Positions 13,884 through 26,297 of a stretch of 64,000 nucleotides of DNA are shown here, one piece after another (position 1 is the first letter of the stretch; each line of letters opens with the position of its first letter). The notes beneath the pieces are model-generated. The model saw nothing but the letters and a program-made list of their open reading frames with translations. It did not search any database and had not been told where the DNA came from. Source of the DNA: Auanema rhodensis (taxonomy: Eukaryota > Animalia > Nematoda). The translations under genes and the position numbers were made by a program. The DNA is taken from the NCBI GenBank assembly GCA_964057225.1, contig OZ059898.1, forward strand, positions 9,300,001 to 9,364,000, written 5' to 3'.

Positions 13884-14792
13884 ATGGCAAATAATGGTAA
13901 CCGTGACATGTACTCTACCAAACGCATTATTATTGTTTTTTTCATATTCCTATTTCTGGTTGGATTCCCAAACTCTCCAAATATAAAGGTGACTCAGATT
14001 AAACTTTTAAATGATTAACGGAAGAAATCGTATGTAATAACTCATTTTGAAGCTAAGAAATATAATACTGGATTGATCAGTTTTATTCATGACCATTGTT
14101 AAAATATAAATTTTAATATTTACCAATTCTGTAATAGTTACAGACAAAATCGTTCACAGCATATACAATCGCAGTGGCAGCAACTAGTATTTTCATAGGA
14201 ATAGCTTTTGCATTATATGTTCGCACGTTTTCGAAATATATCGGAAATAATACAGAAGTAAGTTATATCAAATTTTCTATTAAAATTTAAATTTGAGTCG
14301 TGAATTTCTTATTTTCCACTTATCAAACAGTGATTTCAATTATAATTTTCTCTATTATAAAAACCACGCTATGATTTGTCATCACACATGTACTTAAGAA
14401 AATATCAACTCTATAGTACAGAATTGTACACTTAGAAATATTCAAAACTATTGTTTAAAAATTAGATTGATTAATCCGCATTTTTTTCTTTTGTTACGAA
14501 ACATGAGAGAACTAGTTAATCTCTCAATATTCTGCAGAAGAAAAGCTAATCTCATTCCTACAGGCGAATGAAACTCCAGCAGTAGAAACAGATTTATCTA
14601 CCAACCCGCCGTCATATGATGTATGCTGTAAGGCCTCGCCCGCATGTCTTCCTACATACGAAGAAGCATTAGCCACAGCAAATCCTATTAAAGTGGTTAG
14701 TATTTTTTAGTTAATTCTAATGAAAATCAATTAATTGAATTTAGGCGGTTCAAGACGAAACAAAGATACATCAACCACCTGCAACACCGTGA
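13884..14792 (+). CDS. Small membrane protein with cytoplasmic PY motifs (PPSY, LPTY)
   Basis: Exons near 13884, 14144, 14543 and 14744 encode hydrophobic segments (IIIVFFIFLFLVG; TIAVAATSIFIGIAFALYV), then NPPSYDVCC...LPTYEEAL, and end PPATP*. The first intron boundaries are uncertain. Confidence 0.6.
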
Positions 14793-15589
14793 ACTATGGC
14801 GCTTCTAATGAGCTAGATTTGATTAGAAATTATAGACAATGTAAAAAAAATTGAGAAAAAATTGTAAATAAATTATAGCTTTAAACTATCATTTTATGTA
14901 AAAAAATATTTAAAACAATGTTTTAAAAATTTGCGTTTTGTTGCATTTCGATAAGAAATAAAGGATAAACAATAAATCAATTTCTGAATTGCGTTTATAT
15001 TTTTTAATTGATACAAATATATGTCTTCAAGATCAGATGTTTAAAAAATAGATGAATAATTATGCAATATATAGTAGAACAATGTGTAGTTAACAAAATC
15101 CAATCACTTAGGAAGCATATTATAAATCACTTTCAGTATAACAACAGGTAGAATAACTGATCCCACGCTATCATTTCATCACTTATGACATACTGTATTT
15201 TTCTCATGCTCTATTGCTAACTGCTTTGCATTAGCCGCTTCTTTTCAGTTCAAATCTGCATATATCTCAATTATCAACAAAACTTTCGGGTAATTTGCAT
15301 ACGTTTTTAAAGATTTTCATGTATTTCCCGATTTGGAGAAAATAATATTCATAATGTTCTCATTCTTGTATTTCATACATTTTTCATTCTATAACATTTA
15401 GCAGTTTATGGCAGTTGTCTTCCTGACAGATATTTCTCTATGATATTTCTATTAATTTAATCCTGGATGTTTTTTTCAGTTTTTTTTACAATTCAACAAA
15501 CGCTCTGGCAGAAGAAGTGTTTTTTATTTGAAGCTTAGAGATTAAGTGAGTTGTATATCTCATCTCTAGAATATCATATATTTTAGATA

Positions 15590-18500
15590 ATGAGGGTCGG
15601 AATTATTATTCAATTGAAAATCTTAATTTGTTCTGTTGTGATAGGTGATTTTTTTTTAATTTTAGAATAATGTTTAAATTTGAAGGTGAAATGGCGTTTA
15701 ATAAGACTTGTGATTCTAAATCTTGTGCATTCGGAAGGTGTATTGTGGATACTAATTCAAGAAAAGGTTATAGATGCGAATGTGATGAGAAATTTAAGGT
15801 TTTTGACGAATTTTCATCGGTTTTTAATTTCCTTTAGGGTGAAAACTGCGATATTGATGTAGATGAATGTTTACGATCAGATGTGTGCTATAAGGGAACT
15901 TGCCGAAATCTAATTCCAACTAATATCAATGAGAAGTAAGAAATAAATCTAGAACTAAAATTAGGTAATTGACAGAGGATACGAATGTGTGTGTCCTGAT
16001 GGCTATTCTGGGCAAAAGTGCGACTTTGAAGATAACTGTGCTAATCATACAGTTTGTTTGTTATTTTTTCATCTTTAATAATAGTTTATTTTTATGCTGA
16101 TGAAGGATATTGTAACAACGGGATTTGTCAAGATGGTTTTTGTGCTTGCATGGATGGATGGGCTGGATTTCATTGCAATCATGCTGTCCCTCCTAGGAAA
16201 TATTTTTCTAGTTGCTCATTTTATAATAATTTACTAAATAAAATTATTACTTATAGGATGCTCCCGTTCTGAATCAGTTGTTGATTTCTGCCTATCTTCA
16301 TATGGAGATGGCAAATGTGATCTTGAATGTGCCCGAGAAGAATGTTTTTATGATGGAATGGATTGTATTCTAAAAGAAACTAAAAATGGAGATGTAAAAG
16401 CAAAGTGCTTGAATACAGATTACTGTAATCAAGTTTTTGGGGATGGTCATTGCGATCCTTCTTGTAATAGTCCTCAATGTGGCTTTGATGGTGGTGATTG
16501 CAATGTAGGTCTCTATATCTCATTTTTATATTGTTATCATTTTACAGTCGGTTTATAACCTCCTCGATTTGCAACTCCTTGCTATAACCATTAAAAGTCG
16601 TAGGCATGACATTGCTAAAAGCATTAGGGATGTTCAAATTACTATTTCAAGGGTTGGTGTGAACTTATAAGCTCTACTATATTTCTATTTCTATTACAGT
16701 TGCTATTCTCTCCTTTCGTAAAGGTTGCTTCTGATCATATTGGTGATCTTATTTACGAATGGAAACCTACTGAAGGTTCAGAGTCTCTAACACTAAATGA
16801 TATTGGAGATAGAATAAATGTAAAGCCCGACCTTTCAGTATCTGTAAATGCTAGCGATTTAACAAAGTTTTATTTTTGTCATCTTAATATTTGGCATCCT
16901 ATGTTTTAGACTCGTTGTTTTCTTTGATATTGCTTCTAACGACTGCTTAATGCGAAAAGAAAGAATACAAAGTGAACTCAATTCAACTTTAAATAAGGCT
17001 AATTGCTTTGACAGGTACAATTAATGTCATATAGTATTCAATGCTTTGATTAAGTGTTAAAACTGCTTCTCGTTATTTAAAAAACGAATTAGTGAGGAAG
17101 CCGGAGAGTTTAGAATTACTTGGGGATTCAGTTCAGATCACCGATGTGAAAGTTTATAAGGCACAGGTGATATGATCAAAAAAGTAAAATATAATATTTT
17201 CTTTATTCAGGCTCCTTCATGGAGGTATCGATTATACTGGTTTTTGTTTGGATTGCTTTGTGCTGCTCTGATGTATATTACTTTGTATACTGTAATTGTT
17301 CACTTGAAAAAACAGAAGAAGCGCAAAGAATGTTACGCTCCTATATGGAACATTCCCAAACAATCTCCTATGTTTAAAAATGGTAAAAATCATATATCTT
17401 CATATTAAATGCCTTAATTTTAGAAAATTTCACTTCCTTTTCACCTCCTTCACTTTATGAATGTTCCCCAAAGAAAGATCTGGGCACGTTTCAGTCGCCA
17501 TCGTTCCATGACAATTATTGTACATTTCCGTCTTATGAAGGTAAATGGCTGTCAATTCTCTTTTGCTCTAATTATTTTGTAGAAGAGCCCCCTTTAATCC
17601 AAGCTGTTAGACGGTGCGATATTGAAGCTGTTACAAAAATGATCAGAAGCCCTGATACTGTTATTGATTCGGTAGTATCGACATAGTATCCTTAGCATTG
17701 TCACTTCTTTTGCAGGTTGACAGTCAAGGTTTGGGAGTTTTGCATCATGCAGTTGGAAACAACGATTATAATATGTTGAAGTTATTACTGGAAAGTGGAG
17801 AATTCGACGTTTGTTTATTTTGTTGATTCTGACATTGTTTGATTCTAGGTATTTGAAACTAATAATAATGGACAAATTCCCTTAGTTTATGCGGCTAGGA
17901 TTGGGCATCCTCAATTGGACTCATATGCTCTTTTGATTCATGCAATGGAGAAACGAAGGTTTAGTAGCGAATCATCTGGAGGTGACAGTTCTGACTCTGC
18001 TTATGAATCTTCAAGGTTTTCGAAAATCTTTGTTTCTGTGAATATTGCAAATTTATTAAGAAGAACCAATTTACCGTTATCCGGAGAGTTTGGTGCCGCA
18101 TGGTCATTATGTGACGATTCAGTAACATTTTAGATTAGTAGTTTTAATGTTTTTTTTCTTTAAGGGTCGAAACTCAGTACATTATGCTGCTATTAACAAT
18201 CTGCATCATTTAATTCATTATCTTGTTGCATATGGAGCTAATCCTTCCTTACGTGATGGGAAGGGAGACTCACCTCTGCATTTAGCATGTAAACACGGTC
18301 ATCTGGATGCAGTTAGAACATTATTAAATTGTAATGCAGATTTAGCTGTTGTAGACGGAGATGGTCTGATATATTTCATACCTATATCATTTTATTAATC
18401 TTAGATTTGACTCCCTTTCAAGTTTCCATGAGGTATGGACATTGGGATATCTTGCAATATATGAAGTCGGGAAGAATTACCTACACCCCGGTGTCGCGCT

Positions 18501-19087
18501 CCAGAAGAATAAAGGTAATTTTGTTTTATTTTTATTATTTTATTTGTGTCATCTTTCAGCGACCAAGAGTTATATCTTCTTTTATTTCGGAATCGGATAG
18601 TGACTATAATAGCTTTGATAAAGAAGGTGATTCTTTTTTTGTTTGTTTTTGATTTTAAAATTTGAATCAACTGTTTAGAAACGATTAAAAGAGCAAGGAC
18701 TTTGGTTGTTCCATTATCGAGCAAAAAAAGTTTACCCCTTTCTCGAGGCCCTCCACTTTATAGTATAGAAAAGTAAATTCTTACATATATCTTGGAACAT
18801 TCACTTTTTTTCAGCGAAGTTGATACTTTAATAAATAACCGATACGACTGTCTTAATGATTCTCAAAGTACTGAATCTAATTCTGCTGTATATAATCCCT
18901 TTATTTTGACACCGCCTGCTCAGTTATTAGGACTGAGTAATTCGACATGCCGTTCTAATACGTTACCATCCTGTGCTAATGCATCGAATTACTGTTAGTT
19001 TTTAGTTTTTTTTTTATTCAAATGGGATTTTTAGATTATGACTACACGAACTCACTGAGTCAGCCGCGAAGTTTTGATTTACACTAA
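15590..19087 (+). CDS. Miniature Notch/LIN-12/GLP-1-family receptor (signal peptide, 3 EGF, 2 LNR, NOD/NODP-like, TM, RAM-like, about 6 ANK, PEST)
   Basis: Signal peptide MRVGIIIQLKILICSVVIG. EGF repeats CDSKSC..GENC, DVDEC..GQKC and DNC..GFHC. LNR repeats C..YGDGKCDLECAREECFYDGMDC and C..FGDGHCDPSCNSPQCGFDGGDC. NODP-like VFFDIASNDC...CFDSVKTASRYL. TM, then KKRKECYAPIWNIP. Ankyrin repeats such as GRNSVHYAA and GDSPLHLAC. C-terminal LTPP. Confidence 0.88.
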
Positions 19088-19600
19088 AGAAAAAATTTAT
19101 TTAATTCATATTGTTATTATTTTTTTGTTTTTGTTATTCCGTTAGAAATGGATTCAATAAATAATAAGTTATAGTTGATATTTCAACTTTTTTGAAGATG
19201 ATTTGATTAATATAGCTGTTGCCTTTTTTTTCAGAGTAATGGTTGTCTTCTCAAAAAATTGCTGTCTTGATGTACAATTGGCAAAATGCAATATAAGTGT
19301 CGCTTATAACATTTCTATTCAGAAAAATGGAGCACCGTCGGGACTTCAGTTTTGAGTAGATTAGGAACAGTACACGACAAAAATTAAGTAATTGTATATA
19401 GAAAGAAAAAGATGTTACAAGTTTCCAAATTTTTATTCATGGTTCTGTATTTTTTGGTTTGTTTAGAATGTGAAAAAATTAAAATAAATTGTTGAGTATT
19501 TTCCCTTCGGCCACTTAAACTAGTCTACATTAGAAAACATTTGTTTATATTCGTTCAAATATATCATACCCTAAAACAAAATATAATGATCAAATATAAA

Positions 19601-19720
19601 TGTTAAGCAGCGGCATGAACTAGGGAACGAACCCTACTACGTCAGACAACATGATTTTTGAGCGAAAATCGTCTTTGATAGCCAGTGAATTGAATTCTAA
19701 ACCAGATCTCACTGATTTTT
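19601..19720 (+). ncRNA. Candidate Pol III-type (tRNA-like A/B box) box C/D snoRNA locus
   Basis: A-box-like TAAGCAGCGG and T-arm-like hairpin TAGGG-AACGAA-CCCTA, followed by a degenerate C box (ATGATT, 19651), then CTGA (19712) and a T run. No convincing rRNA target identified. Confidence 0.25.
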
Positions 19721-20115
19721 AAATATTTTTTGTTCAATTATTGATATGGTTTTCACACCTTAAAAAATGTTCTAAACATATAAATACATGTTTCTGATTT
19801 GGCGCCATGACTTCAATCAGTTTACTGCAATAAAATGAAGAATTGTCGGTTCTATAGCAAAAGAATATGTGTAGAGAAAATATTGATTGCTACCCTCCAT
19901 GTTCAACACGAACAGTGTCCTATTTTTAAAATACAGATTAGATTTACTTATTGAATGGTGCGAAGACTTTACGTTCTTCATACACTATACAATAATTTAT
20001 CAAAATTCGTGAGATTATCTTGTTTTGTTTTTAAACTAACGAGCATGAATTTTTCTAAACTAATTTTCATTTATTCTTGCTCGTTCTAAATATCTTGTAT
20101 TTCAGAACTGTAATA

Positions 20116-21807
20116 ATGAGCGTTGATGAATGTCCTTATGAACTATCAAATGAAGAAACTGTTTTTAATGGGCGATGGCTCAAAACTAAACAAGTGCAAT
20201 TTAAAGCTAAAAATGGAATTGAAGGGGTGAGATTCGAAATCGAATTTTATATATTTGAAACCACTGAGTAAATTCAAACGTTTAGGTATGGCAATCATCT
20301 CATCGAGTCACAAAACCTGAAGGTTCGGAAGTGGACGGGGTTGATATCATAGCTATTTTAAAGAAACAGGATAAGAAATATATCATTCTCATCAAACAAT
20401 ATCGAATTCCTATGAGGGGATGGTGCATCGAATTTCCTGCTGGTATATGTCCTTGATTAAGATCAACATAAAAACTTTGAGCATCTTAGGACTTGTTGAT
20501 AAGGGTGAAACCGTGGAACAATGTGCTATTAGAGAACTGAAAGAAGAGACTGGATATATAGCCACTAAAGAGGATATTGTACATAAGTTAGTTTTACATT
20601 GATATATTTTTCTAGTAATTCATTGAAGAAGTAACGGGATTCAAGGGTTGGACCCAGGCTTAACTGACGATTCGGTTCAATTTGTGACTGTAATCATCAA
20701 TGGAGATTTAGCCGAAAATCTTGATCCAAAGCAAAAATTGGATGGCGAAGAGGTTTGCTTTTCTATGCTATTTAACGTTTTAAAAATATAAATGGGAATT
20801 GTTCTACTGTACGTAGAATATCTGATTTGTTCTTCTTTTTTCATATCGCGGCGCAAAAGCACACTATTTGAATTGATTAAACATGTATGCGTGACAGATA
20901 AGAAGCATTATACGTGCCCCTTCAAATCTAATAATTATCTTTTTATTATCTTCATCTTTGGACTTCGCATCGCTCTGTTCATGAAGAGGAGTCTTATTGC
21001 CATATGATGTTTGAACTTTCAATTCAAATGAATATCCATATTTGGCTAACTTTAAGACCAAATTGAATTCATTTTTAGAAGTTACTTACTTGCTTCTCCT
21101 ACCAAATAGTGAATCTCTTTGGATTACTTGGAGAATATTGTAACTTTAGTAGTTTTTAATATTACTCACGTTCATTTTTTCAAGATCTTTATTAAAAAAA
21201 ACTCGTAACTTATTAAGAATGATAATAAGCTATTTATTCACAAAATTTGATGAATGATTCTAAAAAATAATCGAAACTTTGCTTACGTTTCACTATTTAA
21301 CCTAATGAACTCTTAGAAAGATACATTTTCCAAAATTGTTGTCAATGACAAGTACGTCTGATAAGAGCTCTTGATGATATTAAAGTCAGTCACATAAACA
21401 TTTCTCCATTTGACTACCACCACTTTCAGAATTCATTAATAATTTTATGAAAGTATGTGACTATCAGTTCTATATATTAAAATAGAAAATTTGTATGACT
21501 CAATGTATAAATGCGCTATTAAGTTGAAATTTTTATGAATCTATATGAAAGCGAATGATAAGATTTCGTTTTCTTTATTCGTAGTTTATCTCTCGTATCT
21601 CTAATATTATTATTTTTTAAATAGTTGCTTACTGCAATGAGATACTATCAATAATCCTCTAAATATATGTTTTAGGCAATTGAAGTTGTAATTGTAGAAA
21701 CTTCGAAGCTCCTTGATTATATCAAATCAATCGAGAAAGAAGTTCATGTAGAAGCTATGGTGTATACTTTTGCTTTAGGTTGCAATCTTTCACATATGAT
21801 ATTATAA
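20116..21807 (+). CDS. ndx-2: Nudix hydrolase, ADP-sugar pyrophosphatase (NUDT5-like)
   Basis: [37 protein letters not shown] Nudix box, plus DPGLTD and QKLDGEE. The last exon follows a long intron at about 20753-21676. Confidence 0.88.
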
Positions 21808-22110
21808 AAGTTGTTTAACAAGAATGATTTATATATTTATATCTTAATAAACATTTTGGAAAAGTATTAATAGTACATTGGACACGTGTAGTACGGGAGA
21901 TGCGTGAATATAATTGGAAAAAAAAGAAAGAATTATATTTGAATAGTTCTGTGAAAAACAATGAATATAATACATCTATTGTATGGAATGGCTGACTAGA
22001 AAGCAACATGCATCAAAGTTTCAAATACTATTGTTAAGCTCATACTCTATGTTGCACGTTTCTGCTCTCGAATAGAATTAATATCTTGACGAGCAGATGA
22101 GGTTGACTTA

Positions 22111-24427
22111 TTATGACAAAAACACCTTGACAGGTTGAGGAGGAGCGTTGAAATACTGAAAAAAAAATATTTAGAATGAATACTTGTTTGAATCTTAAAA
22201 TTTGATCGTATGTCTACTGATTTAATATACATAGAAAGAGATCAGACTAGTTTTTGTGGATAGATCACTTTATATGGTATTATCGTTTATGTATACGGTA
22301 ACTACGATCTTATCTGATTCGTCGTCATATGACGGAAATGAAATGTAATAAGATGTTGAAGCACTGACCGGCATTGTTGTTGCTGGTAGATAGGACTGAT
22401 ACGGTGGAAGCATATTTGGTGAGCTAGATGGTGGAGATCCGGAACTAATATTGATTAATAGCTGTTGATTAGCCATCAATTGAGCCATGATTGCATCTGT
22501 TGCTGCCTTCATGGTATCAGATGGTGAGACGTCTATTTGTGGGGATTCACATTTAGGGGCACTTTCCTCTTTTTTCTTCTCGCCCATTCCAAATATTTCC
22601 GACAAGCCCAAATTGGCTTCTATCGAAAGACTAACTGAGACAACTGCCGGAATAATCATGAGTAGAGATGATACCCTACAATAGATACTTTAGGTAGGGA
22701 ACTAAACATTTTCTCTACCTCAGTGAAGCATCCAATGGAGCGAATGTTTGTGATAAATAAGTGAATAAAGCCTTGAGCAAGGCATCTCGGGCTTCTTTCA
22801 GTTTTTCTTTGCTGCCAGAACTCATACCAACTACATCAGGGGATAAGAGAATTAATGCCTGAATTAACCTTATGTATACAGTTTTCATAAATGGAAATTA
22901 CCTTCAGGCAACTAAACTCAGCTTGATCTGCATGAATTCTACGTAATGGTGTCAGTAATTCATCAAGGATTCTGGAGAGAATTCTATGTAGGTCTGGTTG
23001 TTGAAGCGACGATAAGCTAAGTAATTGATCGTTCGGCAACACCAAATGAGACATAGATATACTGCGTTGTAGTATTGACAGCAAAGCGAACGATGGTCCA
23101 GCTTCTTTCAGCAGAAGTCCCTACAATTACCGGAAATTACAGTATGCCGTTTTTTTGTGATGAATACAGATTGTGAGCTGTAAGAAATTCAAGCACTATT
23201 GGATTACGGTAGCAATATTGTAACATCTTTTCGTGTTTTTATACTTGCGAATGTTTTTGAAAAGCTGCTTATTCAACTTTTGGTTCCAAATTATTTTGTT
23301 CTTTTAATGACGATATGTCTATTGGTTACGGTATTTCGTCGAAGAAGATTGATAAATTAGTAAGCTTACAAATGAACGCGTCTGTTTATTTTCTTTTATA
23401 CTAAAAGATTTCTGATATTAGTTTTCTCTGTTTATCATGGCTATATAATTTAATAAATTTACAAGTTAACAAACCTTATCTCCAAGAGAAATATCTGGCA
23501 AAGGGTGTAGCATACTCGTCCAACCCACTAAGTGATTCACCGATCGTTGCCGACTGGATTGCTCCTGGCCATCTCGCAATAAAGCGCTCATACTTTGATT
23601 AGAAACGAGACGGTTTTCAATGTCCATTAAAACTTCAATTAATCGTCGAGAGGCAGCCGTATTTCCTAAATCCTGAAAATATGGGTTTTGTTTATTATTT
23701 CCTGATTGATAAACATACGGCTTTGGGACTTGGAGTTCTCTCATAATCAGAGGCATTATCTACTGCTCCAATGCTTCGTTTTCTACGCTTTGTGCTTCCT
23801 ATTCTATCTCTTTCATTTTGGATTGCTAAATATTACAATTTCCAAATGATCAACAGTTCAAAAATACCTTCTGGTTTCATGCCATCTGCCAGGCATTTTT
23901 GAAATCTGCAGTACCTGCAAGCGTTTCTGTGATCTTTGTCAATGTTACATTGCTTGTTAAAACGACACGTGTACTGTAGATTCTGCCAAACACTATAATG
24001 AAACAACATAAACACAATAATCTATAAATTAAAGTTATATATTTGTTTCTCTTATATATATCTCATTGTAATAGTGTATTACTCACATGCAATATGTTTT
24101 GTTCGACTGTACAATTGAAAAATGGTAATCATTCTCTCTCTCTTACTAGTCTTTATGGTTATATTTTTGGGAGCTTATTCTTGATAATATAAGTCATTTC
24201 ACACGACAAAAATAATCCCTGTTCTCTCTGTAGAATTGTTCGAAGTTTTGATTTATAAATTTACGAAGTTCAAGGTTTACCAACCTTCGTCTGAAAAATC
24301 CTTTGCAACCATTACATGCTACCGCACCATAATGTTTTCCAATTGCTTTATCTCCACAAACGACACAGAAGTCGGTATTAGACATCTGAGAGTCGCACGA
24401 AACTGAAGGGCTCATAAGTATGGCCAT
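22111..24427 (-). CDS. nhr-14: HNF4-derived nuclear hormone receptor NHR-14
   Basis: DNA-binding domain [87 protein letters not shown] matches NHR-14 as I recall it. LBD exons follow. The 3' end is ambiguous: stop at 22270 or at 22111. Confidence 0.88.
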
Positions 24428-26266
24428 CCTCTAAAAAATTTTGATTGAAACAAAGAAATAGGAAAAACACAAATACGAGATAGTGTAGATGTAATATTTA
24501 ATATATATTGTGAGCTTATTTCTTATAATAAAATGGTGGTAGAGCGTTATGGAACTTGAGAAGGTCAGTTAGACTTGAAGACAGATAGAATAAAACAATA
24601 CGGTTCACTGCAGCAAACCTTTAAAAAATTCTCCTGTGAAGATAACTTTGAAATTTGATATAAGACAAAATGAGAAAAAACACTTTTCAACCTTTTCAAC
24701 CATAAACAATAAAAAAGTCGAAAAAAACAATACAAAACAGTTTTAAAAGAAAATCGCTGCTTACGCATGCATAATGTGTGCAAATGAAGCTTAAACGGTA
24801 CGTAATTACAAAAAAAATGAATTAACGAATATTAACAACGATTCCGTGAAACGCTTACTGGGTGAGACTATCTAGAAAAGCTTGAAGGGGAAAGGTATGA
24901 TGTACAAACCAATTTTCTGTTATCAAACCATGAATTGAGCACGTCTACTGCTCTTATCTGTGTTTGAAAAGTCACGCAAAGAATGATGATAGATAAAGCT
25001 GGAGGAAGGGGGGCTGTTGAACCGTGTCTTTTTCAAAAATGTGTATGTGACGAAATAAATAATAATCAAAGAAATTTGAAGTGAACACCTTCGTTTCCTA
25101 ACTTAATTATTTATTTAAGAAACAAGCTGAAAATAGATACTGTGAATATATTAATATAATAAGCAAAGCTGTGATAATAATCAAAATTATTTCTGTGTTG
25201 AACAATTTGTTCATTGTTTATTTTTCTAACTCAATTATTAACAATAAAACTGAGAAATGAAAAAACAAATAAGGCAAAAGCCAGACGATTTTCGAGTGAA
25301 CATATGAAACGACGCGCTCAATGAATACTGAAGATCATGGTTCACGTCGAATTACGTCACAGGCATCGGTCGGGCGGCCAAGTACTGACCCAGAGACAGA
25401 ATAGCATACAATATTGAGAGAAGCGATGAGAGATGAAATAGTGTATTGAATTGTCAGACAGATCGGGTACAGAAATAGAAGGGAAGCGCGCTTGTTGGAC
25501 ATCAGTAGCAAACGACGACGAAAATAATACTTTGTGACATAATGTTCAGAACTAAAGAAAAAATATCAGATGATATTGTGGAAATCATATTTAAACTGCA
25601 GGAAGTAAACGCTTATCTGTACTATATGTTATATCCGAAACAAAGTATAATTTTTCAAACATTAAACTTTTTTTCTAAATAAAGTACTCGCACAAAATTT
25701 GACTGTAAGAGCATGAGGAAAAAGCCAGATACAAATTTTTCTTTTAAATTATAGTTGAATTGATGACAACTGAAGAATGAAAGAAGAGAGAGAAATAAAA
25801 AGAGATGACAGCGTGTTGCATGAGTAGAGACTGTGGGCGGGTTGGTGAACTTCGAAAGTTGAATGACAACATGCATTTATCAAAGAGCTGATGACGAACT
25901 ACGATAGTCTCAAAGATAACTTTATAAAGTAAAAAATGTGTAGTTAATATGAATATGAAATAAATAAAAAATATAATAAGAAAAAGATATAGAATATTTA
26001 GAATAATATATTTTCATGTTTATTCTTACTTGTTTATAAACAAATAAACAAATAATCTAATAATCAAATTTAAATAAATATAATAATATAGATGTTATCA
26101 TTTTTTTCCAAAAAGGTATATTGTTTCAAAAAGGAAAAATTGGTTTCACTAAGCCCACCAAATGTAAACTAATAATATTTCAAATTTATCAATAGTCTGG
26201 TTATTTCGACTTTGTTGCCATTAGAACATATACAAATGGTAAAATTTGAAAAATTATAAGTAAGAC

Positions 26267-26297
<31 letters not shown>

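Noticed and set aside
16190-16256. Apparent non-GT donor after Notch EGF3
   Set aside because: A canonical GT at 16211 gives an in-frame 46-nt intron.
25886-25915. CTGATGA hammerhead-like core (also at about 56724)
   Set aside because: No stem II followed by GAAA, and no flanking stems.
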